Below, piece after piece: positions 9,230 to 19,003 of a stretch of DNA of 64,000 nt. The stretch comes from an uncultured virus (IMG/VR IMGVR_UViG_3300031420_000005) (Duplodnaviria; Heunggongvirae; Uroviricota; Caudoviricetes): IMG/VR virus record IMGVR_UViG_3300031420_000005; one strand, written 5' to 3'. Made by a program: the position numbers and the translations under genes. Position 1 is the first letter of the stretch, and each line of letters begins with the position of its first letter. The notes under the pieces are model-generated. The model did no database searches and had not been told where the DNA came from. It saw only the letters and a list, made by a program, of their open reading frames with translations.

Positions 9230-9811
9230 ATGGACAGCATCACCCTGCCCAGGGGTATTGGAGCCGAGCGCTTCGTGGCCAAAGCGCTGAGAGCAGCGAT
9301 TCCCCTGGCGAGCCTGGGAGTGCTCGGCTTCCTGATCCTCGGAGCCTCCCACCCCGGAAGCTCAGCAATCGCTGTCCTGGTGCTCTTCGCCTTCGCCTTG
9401 CTCTTGGCCACAGGGAGCGTGTTCTTCTGGAAGTCCATGGTGGAGAGTAAGCTGATCCTGGGGGATGCGCTCGTTTCCCTGAAGCTGGCCCTGGCGCTCA
9501 CGACGACGACGATGGTCTTCGTTCGCAGTGCTCCCCAGGGCATGGTCTACGGAGCGCTCCTACTCCTGCTCTTCATGGCGTCAGTTGGGCTCAAATCCCA
9601 CGCGGACCGCCGGGAGGAGCGAGCGAACCAAAGCTCCTCAAAGACAGCTACGGCAGTTGAGGCTGAGCCAGTCGTCGGAGCCGATGATGAGCCAACAGCG
9701 GCGTCGAAGTCGGAACTCACCGGCAAGGCCGAATCGCCCACAGTCCCCGTGCGCCCTAACTTCAAGGCGAGGCTGGAAAGCTCCCTCACCCTACTGAAGC
9801 GAAACTCCTGA
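9230..9811 (+). CDS. multi-pass membrane protein
   Basis: About four hydrophobic helices. Confidence 0.75.
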   Translation: MDSITLPRGIGAERFVAKALRAAIPLASLGVLGFLILGASHPGSSAIAVLVLFAFALLLATGSVFFWKSMVESKLILGDALVSLKLALALTTTTMVFVRSAPQGMVYGALLLLLFMASVGLKSHADRREERANQSSSKTATAVEAEPVVGADDEPTAASKSELTGKAESPTVPVRPNFKARLESSLTLLKRNS

Positions 9812-9824
9812 GAGGATAGCCCCC

Positions 9825-10262
9825 ATGGCAACAGCAGACGACATCAGCACTCCCACAGAGGTTGAGCGCACGGCCCACCACCTGTCCTTCGACATCACTG
9901 GAGCGCCCCTGCGGGTTGCTCTGGCGGTGCCCTTCGAGACTCCTGTCTTCGGCCATCGGAAGGTCGAAGCCTGGTCTGTGGATCGAGATGGAAAGCGGCT
10001 CGTGCTCCACTGGACAGACGGCCACGGGGAGAGCAGCTCCGGGATCCCGGTCTATCCCTTGCCGGCACCCCTGGAGCTCGACCAGGTGGTGAGCCTCGTC
10101 GAGACCTGGCTGGAGTCGGTGGACTACGGTCCAGCGCCCTCCACCGACGGAAGCACCCGGAAGGGTTCCCGAGTCTACTGCCAGAGCTGGGGAAAGATCG
10201 AAGGCCACGGCTGGGAGAGCTTCGTGGCCATCGAGCCCGAGTGGATCGTCTACGGAAAGTAG
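9825..10262 (+). CDS. hypothetical protein
   Basis: GAGG RBS, typical codons. Confidence 0.8.
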   Translation: MATADDISTPTEVERTAHHLSFDITGAPLRVALAVPFETPVFGHRKVEAWSVDRDGKRLVLHWTDGHGESSSGIPVYPLPAPLELDQVVSLVETWLESVDYGPAPSTDGSTRKGSRVYCQSWGKIEGHGWESFVAIEPEWIVYGK

Positions 10263-10269
10263 GAAGCCC

Positions 10270-10575
10270 ATGGCCGAAGCAACTGCGAACAGCCTGAAGG
10301 CGATCTTGGGTCGCAAGCTCTGGAAGCTCCGCAATCGTCGGGCTCTCCGAGCAGCCCACCTCGTGGCTCTCCGGGAGGCCCAGAAGGTCTACGACAGCCT
10401 TCGGGGCCAGGAAGTCGTGCTGAGCAGAGGTGGAGGTCCTGGCTACACCTTCGTGTCAGCAGCCAGCCCGGGTCGAGAGGCCTGGGATCGCTACTTCGAC
10501 AGCATGGAGGAGCAGGGCCAGAGCGCCTGGGATACTCAGTCCTGGTTCGACCGGGGCCTGGAGCGTTCGAGCTAG
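10270..10575 (+). CDS. hypothetical protein
   Basis: Operon-like spacing after 10262. Confidence 0.7.
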   Translation: MAEATANSLKAILGRKLWKLRNRRALRAAHLVALREAQKVYDSLRGQEVVLSRGGGPGYTFVSAASPGREAWDRYFDSMEEQGQSAWDTQSWFDRGLERSS

Positions 10576-10697
10576 TCTCACTTCGTAGAAGTAGCCTCCT
10601 GGAGGCTCCCGTCGGTATGATGAGCCGGCGGTAGCTCTAGCCGGAGCTCCTGCCATGAACTGTGCACAACTGATCACCCGAAGGAGTCGAGGGGTAG

Positions 10698-12089
10698 ATG
10701 GCAACTGGTGAGGTAGCCCGGGGCGATCAGCTCTGGCCCTTCGGCAAGTACCAGGGGCAGCCCATCGACCGGGTGATGGCCGATCACAGCTACCTGGAGT
10801 GGGTGCTCAACCAGCCCTGGTTCGCCGAGGACTACGGCCGGCTCCACGGGCTCATCGTCAACTTCGGCAACGAGGCTCAGGACTCCCCGGAGCACAACGC
10901 CTTCCAGATCCGCTTCCTCGAGGAAGAGATGCGGCTCGCAGTTGCCCGGCGGCTGGGCTTCGAGGAGCTCGACGGAGCCGTCTGCGGTAAGCAGAAGGCC
11001 ATCGCCCGGCGCATCGGCCGGGAGCTCGGCTGCCGGGTCCACGAGAAGGAATCGCCCCTCCGGGTCTCCGCGGTGAAGTTCGAGGAGTCGGGCTGGGATG
11101 TGGCCTTCGACATCCTGCCAGCATCCTATGTGGCCTTCATCGACGCCAAGGACGGGCAGGCCTATGTGGACTTCCTCGACTCCGTGAAGAAGCACAAGCT
11201 CGCCGAGCTCAACCGCAACCGGCTCAAGGCCCACCACGGCACCCTGGATGTGGCCGTCTACGAGCCCAACAAGGCGAAGCGCCCTCGGGTCCTCGTGGAG
11301 CTCAAGCCCGACCTCGGAGACGACTACCCGAGCGTGCTCCGGCAGATCCAGCGCTATCCCGGCGGGGAGAACGAGTCCTTCGCTGAGACCGGCCGGGTAA
11401 GGGGTAGATCGAGGAGGCCTCTCCAGTTCAAGGGTGGTAGGGAGGTGGCTCCCAGCCGGGACCGGAAGATCCTCATCGCCCGCCGGGCTCGTTTCACCAC
11501 GGTGACCCTGGAGCAGGTCCGGGCGTTCTTCGCATCGGCCTCCGTGGAGCTCATCCTCGAGCACGAGCTCGACCTGAGGGATCCCGCCCTGGATGCTGTG
11601 GTGGACGCTGAGATCGTGGACGACGGGGATCTACGGGAGCTCACCGAGGGATCCTCCTCGAGGCGAGTCCCGTCGGACCATCGGGGCAGCCTTCGGGCTG
11701 AGCCCCTGGTGGACCCCGGCGTGCCCTCGGGGGATCCCGACTCAGAGCGCTTCGACCGGGCCTCTGAGCCCGACGAGGACGATGAGCTCTTCGACAGTGA
11801 GTTCCTCGAGGCGGAGCGGGAGCTCGACGCCCTGGAGAAGATCCCTGCGGGCAGGGCTGCGGTCAAGGCTTCGGACAGGCTCTCTGGGTCCCGTCGGACT
11901 GACCCTGGGAACAGACCTGCGGGAGCTTCAGCGGTTGCGCCCGTGGTTGTCCCGGAGGCTGTGAGCGAGCCTGAGCCTGTCGCAGGTAGCCCCGTTCCGA
12001 GCTTCGGCCGGAGTCCTGCCCTGGACCTGGATCTTCCCACGGATCAGGAGGTCGAAGACTTCTTCGATGACGATGAGCTCTTCGACTGA
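10698..12089 (+). CDS. PFGKY-motif (DUF3820-like) domain fused to putative PD-(D/E)xK nuclease-like domain and acidic disordered tail
   Basis: WPFGKYQGQPIDRVMADHSYLEWV; WDV...VELKPDLGDDYPSVLRQIQRY. Confidence 0.6.
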   Translation: MATGEVARGDQLWPFGKYQGQPIDRVMADHSYLEWVLNQPWFAEDYGRLHGLIVNFGNEAQDSPEHNAFQIRFLEEEMRLAVARRLGFEELDGAVCGKQKAIARRIGRELGCRVHEKESPLRVSAVKFEESGWDVAFDILPASYVAFIDAKDGQAYVDFLDSVKKHKLAELNRNRLKAHHGTLDVAVYEPNKAKRPRVLVELKPDLGDDYPSVLRQIQRYPGGENESFAETGRVRGRSRRPLQFKGGREVAPSRDRKILIARRARFTTVTLEQVRAFFASASVELILEHELDLRDPALDAVVDAEIVDDGDLRELTEGSSSRRVPSDHRGSLRAEPLVDPGVPSGDPDSERFDRASEPDEDDELFDSEFLEAERELDALEKIPAGRAAVKASDRLSGSRRTDPGNRPAGASAVAPVVVPEAVSEPEPVAGSPVPSFGRSPALDLDLPTDQEVEDFFDDDELFD

Positions 12090-12205
12090 AGCCCGATCCT
12101 AGGGCCACTTCCTGAAACCGGGCTCTGAGCGACATCCTGGGATCAGCCTTTTTGGTACGGTGACCTGGAAATGGACAGCTCATCGCCTAGAACGGAACTC
12201 CTTCC

Positions 12206-12715
12206 ATGCAGCCCATTCCCTACCCAGCGGTCGAGAACAGCGATCCCGCGACGGTCATCACCACACTCACCCTCGGGGCAGTCGTCATTGCTGCCGGACT
12301 CGTCTTCGTCGCCCTCAGCAAGAAGATGCGCGGGGGAAAGTCCTCAGCTGTGGATGAGCTCCTCGGTATTTTCGCCGTGCTCCTCGGGGGAATCACCATT
12401 GCGGTCGGGCTCGGTCCCACCATGCATATTAGCCCGACCTACGATCAGTCCTACAGGCAGGTCGAGTCCGTGCAGAGGGAGATCCAGAAGTCCTACGGGA
12501 TCAAGCTCTCCCAGGAGGAGGCAGAGGCACTGAAGTACCCGGCGGAAGATCCGAAGACGAAGTTCAAGGTCTTCGGCTCCTTCGAGGAGCAGAAGCAGGT
12601 CGAGGGCAAGGCCTTCGTCTCCAGGACTGTCTACCTCGTCTGGTCGGACGATTCCCTGGGGCTCTCTGAGTCCAGCGATGGGAAGTCCTTCACTCCCCTG
12701 GAGCCGAAGGCGTAG
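12206..12715 (+). CDS. 2-TM membrane protein, paralog family A
   Basis: Shared C-domain FKVFGSF...RTVYLVWSD..LGLSESSDGKSFTPL. Confidence 0.85.
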   Translation: MQPIPYPAVENSDPATVITTLTLGAVVIAAGLVFVALSKKMRGGKSSAVDELLGIFAVLLGGITIAVGLGPTMHISPTYDQSYRQVESVQREIQKSYGIKLSQEEAEALKYPAEDPKTKFKVFGSFEEQKQVEGKAFVSRTVYLVWSDDSLGLSESSDGKSFTPLEPKA

Positions 12716-12795
12716 GTTGCCTCCTGAGCGATTGAGCGCCATCGGCACCGACAACGATGCGCTCGGACGCTCCGACTCGCCGAGAGCGACAGCTG

Positions 12796-12838
12796 TGGCC
12801 AGTGGATAGCAACTCCTGTTGACAGTCCACTGGCCACG
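12796..12838. terminator. hairpin between convergent genes
   Basis: GTGGCCAGTGGA...TCCACTGGCCAC. Confidence 0.5.
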
Positions 12839-12887
12839 GTGCTGTTGAGGCTAGGTTGAGCCGAAGGCTACTCCGGAAGGGGTCTTC

Positions 12888-13523
12888 CTACTCGGGGATG
12901 TTGGAGGGGATGTAGCCCTCGGGACGGAAGAGGAGCTGGAGCTCATCCAGGGTGATCTTCCGCATCCAGGCTGAGCGCTGCTGGCGGGAAGTCATCTGAT
13001 GGCCATGTTCCTCAGCGATCTTCTTGTACTCATCCTGGAGCACGGCCACGGGGATGATGCCCACCGCGGGCCCGTTCCAGTCCCGGAGGAGATTCTGGGC
13101 TTCCTTGAACTTCTGGTAGTAGTCGGGCACGGGCTCAAGGTTGAGTTCGGTGAGCCCGGCCCGGTGGAGCGCTCGGTGCTCCCAGATGTCCTGAGAGCCG
13201 GAGTCGAGGAGGAGCCGGGTGCGCCGGCCGAGTTCCAGGAGGAGCATGGTGTCTCGCTTGGGATAGCTGAAAGCTGGCCGGTAGTCGACACCGCGGATCT
13301 TGCGCCGCATCCGACCCAGGGGATCATCGCTGTCAGCAGGCTCGAGGAGCTCATCCTCGGGGTCCGTGACGGTGAAGCCCGTGGGCACAGCACGATGCAT
13401 GGTGGCGAGCTCGAACTTGAGCCGGTGGAGAGGCTCATCCACCGCTGCGAGCGCACGGGTGTAGGATACTCCGTGCTCTTCTGCGAAGCGGCGTGCCTGG
13501 CGCTTGAGGCTGATCTCGGTCAT
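12888..13523 (-). CDS. hypothetical protein with N-terminal K.QARRFAE.HG.SYTRAL helical motif (paralog pair B)
   Basis: Clear paralog of 13840-14475 over full length. Confidence 0.85.
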   Translation of the reverse strand: MTEISLKRQARRFAEEHGVSYTRALAAVDEPLHRLKFELATMHRAVPTGFTVTDPEDELLEPADSDDPLGRMRRKIRGVDYRPAFSYPKRDTMLLLELGRRTRLLLDSGSQDIWEHRALHRAGLTELNLEPVPDYYQKFKEAQNLLRDWNGPAVGIIPVAVLQDEYKKIAEEHGHQMTSRQQRSAWMRKITLDELQLLFRPEGYIPSNIPE

Positions 13524-13706
13524 GGGATTGCTCCTTCTCGCAGTGGGTGTCCTGCCTGCGCTGACGAGTACTGCGATTCTGAGGAGGAGTGGGACTTCTG
13601 TCCCGGTTCCATTTCGAGAGTTGCAGTGAGCTTCTACCTCGTAGATTCCCGTGCGATGGAGCCGGGCGCAGGCCGGTTCCGGACGGGCGCCGAGTGCTCT
13701 GGCGCA
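13524..13706 (-). ncRNA. candidate structured 5' leader RNA, copy 1
   Basis: Homologous to 14476-14645 with compensatory stem changes; begins at predicted +1 of TTGACG-17-TAGAGT promoter. Confidence 0.65.
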
Positions 13707-13839
13707 GGACCGACTCTATCATGGAGTCAGCCTGCCGTCAACTGGATGCTGAGATCTCGAGACCGCCTGAAACGACGATCGGCCGTCAGCTTCTCCGGGT
13801 GGGGGAGAAGCTGACGGCCGATGGAGGTAAAGTGAGCTG

Positions 13840-14475
13840 TTAGGCCGAAGGCTGTGCAGGCTGAAGCAACGCCTGGAAGTCATCGAGGCTGATCTTCCTC
13901 ATGGTGAAGGCTCCCATCTGCAGCTCGCTGAACTTGTGACCTTTCTCGAGCATTGCCTCGCGCCAGTCCTGATCCACCGCTGCATCGATGATCCCTAGAT
14001 TAGTTCCAGTCCAGTGATCGAGAAGCTTTGCTGTTTTCGTGTCTCCCAAGTAGTAGTGAGCCAGCGGTTCTAGTGTCTCGCTAGCGATTCCCGCTCTGTA
14101 GAGCTGACGCTGTTCCCAGAAGTTGCGAGCGCCTGAATCTCGAAGGACCTGAGTTCGTCGGGCAACTTCGAGGAGCCAGTCCTGCTGCTCTCGCTGCCAG
14201 TCCCATCTCATGGGATCGCTACCTTCGGGGCGGAGGAGGTAGATTGAAGTACCTCGGATCTTCATGCCTGTCTTCAGGCTTCCCTCGAGGAATGTCTCTC
14301 GATCCTCGGTGATCCGAAAACCTTGGCGTCCCTCGGGATGATCTGCTTGCGACTGGAGGAGCTCAACCCTGAGCCTATAGAGGGGTTCGGTTACGCCTGC
14401 GAGGGCTCGAGTGTAGCTGATGCCGTGCTTCTCAGCGAAGCGGCGAGCCTGCTGCTTGATACTGTTCTCGGTCAT
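13840..14475 (-). CDS. hypothetical protein, paralog pair B
   Basis: MTENSIKQQARRFAEKHGISYTRAL; paralog of 12888-13523. Confidence 0.85.
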   Translation of the reverse strand: MTENSIKQQARRFAEKHGISYTRALAGVTEPLYRLRVELLQSQADHPEGRQGFRITEDRETFLEGSLKTGMKIRGTSIYLLRPEGSDPMRWDWQREQQDWLLEVARRTQVLRDSGARNFWEQRQLYRAGIASETLEPLAHYYLGDTKTAKLLDHWTGTNLGIIDAAVDQDWREAMLEKGHKFSELQMGAFTMRKISLDDFQALLQPAQPSA

Positions 14476-14645
14476 GGGAAACTGCTCCTTCTGCTAGTGC
14501 CCTTCCTGCGCTGGTCAACTGCGAATCTGGAGTCAGGGAAAGTCCCCGGTACATCGAGAGTGCAGTGAGCTTCCACTTGGTGGATTCCCACACGATGGAG
14601 CCGGGCGCAGGCCGATTCCGGGTGGGCGCCGAATGCTCTGGCGCG
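14476..14645 (-). ncRNA. candidate structured 5' leader RNA, copy 2
   Basis: See copy 1; -10 TAGGGT at 14652-14657. Confidence 0.65.
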
Positions 14646-14781
14646 AAGGCTACCCTATCATGGAGCGAGAGGCCTCGCACGCTCTAGCTACAGCTCGAAG
14701 CTCGCCTAAAATGACGAACGACCGCCGGCGCCTCCGAGGAGGAAACCGACAGCCGAAGAGATGTCGAGAGGAAGGTGTTGA

Positions 14782-14967
14782 TCAGGAGTTGATGCGAGCC
14801 TGGAGCTTGGCCACATCCTGAGCGAGACCCGAGCGACCAGCCTTGAAGTTGGCGATGGCACGGGCGACGGCGGGGATCCGGGGGAGGTAGATCGAGGCGA
14901 CGATGAGCACGGCGATGACGGCAGCGAAGGAGAAGCCGAAGATCAGGAGCCACTGGAAGTCGTTCAT
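14782..14967 (-). CDS. small membrane protein
   Basis: One TM helix; TTGACA-18-TAGGAT leaderless promoter. Confidence 0.75.
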   Translation of the reverse strand: MNDFQWLLIFGFSFAAVIAVLIVASIYLPRIPAVARAIANFKAGRSGLAQDVAKLQARINS

Positions 14968-15193
14968 GGGTTCATCCTATGCCATCCTCGAAGGCCCTGT
15001 CAACACCCAGCCGAATCTGTTCCCGGGCGCAGGGGCGCTCGCCCACGGTGAGCCGCGGAGGGGAGCTCCGAAGAGAGGTCTCATCGCCGTCGATAGCTCC
15101 TACCCCATTGTGGATCCGTCGGGAATCGTGTAGGATAAATCCGCAGTAGCTTTCAGCATCTTCCATCCATCCGCCGAACAGAGGAACGGAACC

Positions 15194-15856
15194 ATGGCCA
15201 AGTCGCCTCAGGCCCGCGAGCAGAAGAAGCCCGCGCAGCCCGTTCCTGAGCTCCCCCACTCCCTGGGTCGGCTCCGGATGCCCCGGAAGACTAACCGGAA
15301 GGCAGCCAAGCTCATCGAGGGCGGCGTGAAGCTCTGGGATCGCCGGGCCGTCAATCGCCGAGCGCTGCGCGAGGGGATCAAGAACGCCGAGGGCCGAGAG
15401 GCGAACCGGATCTACTACCGGACGGTGAACAGCTACCTCCGGAACCTCGTCAACGCGGCTCCGGGCTGGCGGATCGGCGAAGATGGCCAGGGCATCATCG
15501 AGCCGGATCCCAAGGTCACCCTCTCCTTCGAGGAGCGCTTCGCCAACCTCCTGGCGGCTGCCAGGATCATCCCCCTGGACAGCTCCGGGAGTGATCGGCA
15601 CCTCTTCTTCCGGGTTGCCGAGCTGACCCACCCCGAGCATGTGGATCTTCGAGCAGTACTCCCCGAGGGTATCTTCTCCACCTACAGCTACAGTGACCGA
15701 AGCATGGAGCTCGAGGACGGGAAGTACTTCCTGCGGCTCACTCGCTACGACCCCCGGGTGGACGGTCCCTTCACGGATGACGAGGGGGTAGTTCGCGGCA
15801 AGGGTACCCACGACTCCTCCAACCGGGACTCCAAAGGTCGGCTGGTCGAGGGGTAA
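15194..15856 (+). CDS. hypothetical basic protein
   Basis: GAGG RBS, typical codons. Confidence 0.8.
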   Translation: MAKSPQAREQKKPAQPVPELPHSLGRLRMPRKTNRKAAKLIEGGVKLWDRRAVNRRALREGIKNAEGREANRIYYRTVNSYLRNLVNAAPGWRIGEDGQGIIEPDPKVTLSFEERFANLLAAARIIPLDSSGSDRHLFFRVAELTHPEHVDLRAVLPEGIFSTYSYSDRSMELEDGKYFLRLTRYDPRVDGPFTDDEGVVRGKGTHDSSNRDSKGRLVEG

Positions 15857-15973
15857 CACTCTGAGCAAACGGTTCCTACTGACCGTTGCCAGATAGCTCT
15901 CAACGGCGTATGGTGAATCGATGAAGGAGAGCGAACAGCTCTCGACTCGATCCTAGAGACGGGGAACAGAACG

Positions 15974-16204
15974 ATGGCTGAAGCAACAGTCGAACTGCAA
16001 GATGGCATGCGGGTCCGCGTCAAGGACTCCATGCTCTACACGGGTCGAGTAGGAACGCTGTCTCCAGGTTCCTACAGCGACGAGGGCGGCTGGGACTTCA
16101 GCGTTGAGCTCGATCCCACGGATGATCCCGAAGTCGACTCGCTCATCAGAGGAAGTCGCACCATCGGTGTCTTCGACTTCCAGGTCGAGCCCATCGAGGG
16201 TTGA
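15974..16204 (+). CDS. small SH3/KOW-like beta-barrel protein
   Basis: GMRVRV....Y.GRVGTL...V.LD pattern. Confidence 0.6.
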   Translation: MAEATVELQDGMRVRVKDSMLYTGRVGTLSPGSYSDEGGWDFSVELDPTDDPEVDSLIRGSRTIGVFDFQVEPIEG

Positions 16205-16354
16205 ACTCTCTGTCTTAGCACTCCCTGCGGACAGCTGAATGCTTCCTGCAGGTGGTTCTTCGACGAGTTCGGAAACCGACTGTTGCGCGGACGATCCTGG
16301 GATGTATGATGGTGCTACACCACTCCGCTACACCACAGGATCGGATCTCCGCTC

Positions 16355-16657
16355 ATGGCCAAGAAGACCTGCCACAACTGCAAGGACCGCTTCGACGAGG
16401 ACGACCTCACCCTGGCCCGCCGCAAGGTCGGCGGCTCCTACCGCCGGGCCGCTTCCTTCAAGCCCTGCCTGATCTGCGAGGACTGCGCCCGCTCTCTGGT
16501 CGCCCGCATCCAGCCTGGCTACCTCACCGTCTCCCAGTGGTCCAAGGGCAGCCTCGAGAGCGCCGTCCGCAGCTTCGACCTCTGGGCTGCCCGGAAGCTC
16601 GAGCTCCAGGCGGAGCCCGAGGCCTCGAAGCCCCTCGTCGGCGCTGGAAAGCGCTGA
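16355..16657 (+). CDS. zinc-finger protein
   Basis: CHNC...CLICEDC; TTGCGC promoter with ACACCAC leader. Confidence 0.75.
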   Translation: MAKKTCHNCKDRFDEDDLTLARRKVGGSYRRAASFKPCLICEDCARSLVARIQPGYLTVSQWSKGSLESAVRSFDLWAARKLELQAEPEASKPLVGAGKR

Positions 16658-16747
16658 GAGATCTCCCTTCCCCTCGCCTCCCTCAGATCTCACTTTCAGA
16701 CCCTCGGATCGGCACTTTCTGACGGCATCCTGTATGTCAGATTCGAC

Positions 16748-16858
16748 ATCCTGAGCGCGCAGCCTAGAGCATCGGCCACATCGATGCTCTAGGCTGCCTC
16801 TCTGTGGGCTCCAGCCATGCTTCGGCGAGAACCACTGCTTTCGAATCACGATGCGCTA
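16748..16858 (+). repeat. 111-bp intergenic element, copy 1
   Basis: Homologous to reverse complement of 61424-61534; perfect 16-bp hairpin GCAGCCTAGAGCATCG/CGATGCTCTAGGCTGC. Confidence 0.75.
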
Positions 16859-16946
16859 CCACAGCCTTCCTGCAGATTGTTAGCCGGCTGAGCCATCGAG
16901 CAGATTCCCTCTGAACGGTGGTCCATTCCGTGGTTACGATCCACCC

Positions 16947-17558
16947 ATGGACTCAGACTACAGCACTGCCTTCGCACAGCACTTCCAGGATGCAGTCACA
17001 GCACTTCGCCCGCACTGGGACTACGCTAAGACGGCGGATCTCTCCTTGAGCTTCCGACCTGAGATCGGAAAGCTCACCCTGAGCCTCTGGGATGGCCAGT
17101 TCCAGGATCGCAACAGCCACTTTGTGTCCTCCGACCCGAGGGAAGTTGCGAACTTCATCCGGGATGTGGAGTCCCGCTACGAGACTCGGATCGAGTCCAA
17201 ATTCCGTACCCTGTCCGAGCAGTACCTCTACCAGATCGAGGACTCCCTGGGCTTCTCGGGTCAGCTTCGAGCACCGTCTGAGTGCGAGACCTGTGGCTCC
17301 AACGATGATGAGCTCGAGGCCTTCTACTATCCTGCATTCGAGTTCGGAGGCTCGCCCTCCCTAGCGGTTTCCAATCGCTACGGCTGCTACGGCGGCGCTG
17401 CGATCTACGGTGATCCCCGGGATCTCGAAGTGCGGACAGAGGCGTTGCGCATTCTGCGATCAGGACTGGAGACTGCGGAGGGCGAGCGAGTTCGTGGGGA
17501 GCTCGCGGGCTTCATCGAGGCCGTCGAGACGATCATCGAGGGGCACTCAGCAGCTTAG
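16947..17558 (+). CDS. CETCG-motif protein (paralog pair C)
   Basis: Aligns with 17923-18543 (DSLGFSG...CETCG...AF..PAFE.GG...GCY). Confidence 0.85.
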   Translation: MDSDYSTAFAQHFQDAVTALRPHWDYAKTADLSLSFRPEIGKLTLSLWDGQFQDRNSHFVSSDPREVANFIRDVESRYETRIESKFRTLSEQYLYQIEDSLGFSGQLRAPSECETCGSNDDELEAFYYPAFEFGGSPSLAVSNRYGCYGGAAIYGDPRDLEVRTEALRILRSGLETAEGERVRGELAGFIEAVETIIEGHSAA

Positions 17559-17614
17559 AAGCTCTCTGAGCAGCCCCCTCCACGACATCGAGCGACTATC
17601 CGAGGATCATCCCA

Positions 17615-17649
17615 TTGACAGCCGACAGCTGTCCACATAGAATGATCCC
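17615..17649 (+). promoter_or_regulatory. sigmaA-type leaderless promoter
   Basis: TTGACA-17-TAGAAT-6nt-ATG. Confidence 0.8.
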
Positions 17650-17871
17650 ATGGACACCACGAAGACGATCTCCTCGAAGTTCGCTCAGCTCCGTAGCGAG
17701 CGACTCCAGCGCAGGCTCGCAGCTGCCCGCCGGGTTGAAGCAGCTGCCTCCGCGAAGACCGAATCCGCTCGGTTCGATGGTCGGATCTACAAGGTTCGTC
17801 GCCTCGAGCGCCGCTGGTTCCGCAAGAGCCTGAAGACCCAGAAGTTCCGGGACCTCTGCGCGACCAACTAA
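17650..17871 (+). CDS. small basic protein
   Basis: Own promoter; MDTT start. Confidence 0.7.
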   Translation: MDTTKTISSKFAQLRSERLQRRLAAARRVEAAASAKTESARFDGRIYKVRRLERRWFRKSLKTQKFRDLCATN

Positions 17872-17922
17872 CCCTCCACTCCAAGCAGTCTACAACAGCC
17901 TCTCACCACATAGGACAACTTC

Positions 17923-18543
17923 ATGGACGCAGACACCGCAACGCCCTTCGCGGGCCACTTCGAGGACACGAGCTTCACCCTGCGCAGCAACGGGGACCGT
18001 CAGGAGGACGCCATCCTCTGGCTGAGCTTCTTCCCGGAGTTCGGCACGGTGAGCCTCGGCGCCTACGACGGTGCCCTCAAGGGCTACAGCCACGAGTTCA
18101 GCTCCCGGAGCCCTCGGGATGTGGCCTCCTTCATCCGAGCGGTGGAGAAGGACTACGGCGTGAAGGTCCCCAAGGCCATCCGTATCCAGACCGAGGAGTA
18201 CCTCACGGGCGTTGGTGACTCCCTGGGCTTCTCCGGCGAGGTCGGCGAGGGCGGCGACTGCGAGACCTGCGGTCCCCACCGGGATCAGCTCGACGCCTTC
18301 TACTTCCCCGCCTTCGAGGAGGGTGGAGCCACATCGGTGGCGGTCGCCAACAGCTTCGGCTGCTACTCCTCGGTGGAGCACATGGGCACCCTGGAGACCG
18401 CCGGTGAGGAGGCTCTGGGCTTCCTGAAGCAGATCCTCGCGAGCATGGACGCCGACCTGGACCGAGGCCGCGAGGCTCCCAACCGGGATGAGCTCGCTGA
18501 GTTCATCGAGGGGCTCGAGGGCAAGCTGGCGGCAGTCAGCTAG
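17923..18543 (+). CDS. CETCG-motif protein (paralog pair C)
   Basis: Paralog of 16947-17558. Confidence 0.85.
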   Translation: MDADTATPFAGHFEDTSFTLRSNGDRQEDAILWLSFFPEFGTVSLGAYDGALKGYSHEFSSRSPRDVASFIRAVEKDYGVKVPKAIRIQTEEYLTGVGDSLGFSGEVGEGGDCETCGPHRDQLDAFYFPAFEEGGATSVAVANSFGCYSSVEHMGTLETAGEEALGFLKQILASMDADLDRGREAPNRDELAEFIEGLEGKLAAVS

Positions 18544-18670
18544 TCACTTCTCTTTTCGCTCCGGGGATCATCGCTTTTCCTAGGTTCTCCTCGCACCGCC
18601 TCCTTCCGGTTTTTCAACTGATCGGAGGAGGCGGTTGCGCGTGGGAAGCCTCCGGCGTACGATTGTTCCC

Positions 18671-18946
18671 ATGGACACCACAGCTAATGCTTTCTCCGAG
18701 CTCTCCGACAACAGCCGCACGGCCCGGGACATCTGGAACACCCATCTCGTGGTGACCACTTCCCTTGGTATTGCCGAGGAACTTCGCAAACAGGTCGTTG
18801 ACCGTCCGGAGATCCACTCCGAGGCCCATCTCCTGGAGATCGAGGAACTCATTGCAGATTGCAAAAAGAATGACGAGGAGCTCCTTGCTCGCTGGGAGAC
18901 CTTCACGAAGGCTGAGCGCGAGTCAGCGCTAGCATCCATCCGCTAG
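18671..18946 (+). CDS. hypothetical protein (MDTTANAF...)
   Basis: TTGCGC(18635-18640)-17-TACGAT leaderless promoter. Confidence 0.75.
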   Translation: MDTTANAFSELSDNSRTARDIWNTHLVVTTSLGIAEELRKQVVDRPEIHSEAHLLEIEELIADCKKNDEELLARWETFTKAERESALASIR

Positions 18947-19003
18947 AGACTGGTCACAAACTGACTGTTGCATTGGAAGATCAATCGTCGTATGATCGAT
19001 CCC

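Noticed and set aside
12818..12824. TTGACA inside the 12796-12838 hairpin loop as a promoter
   Set aside because: No -10 element at 16-18 bp; the hairpin fits a terminator between convergent genes.
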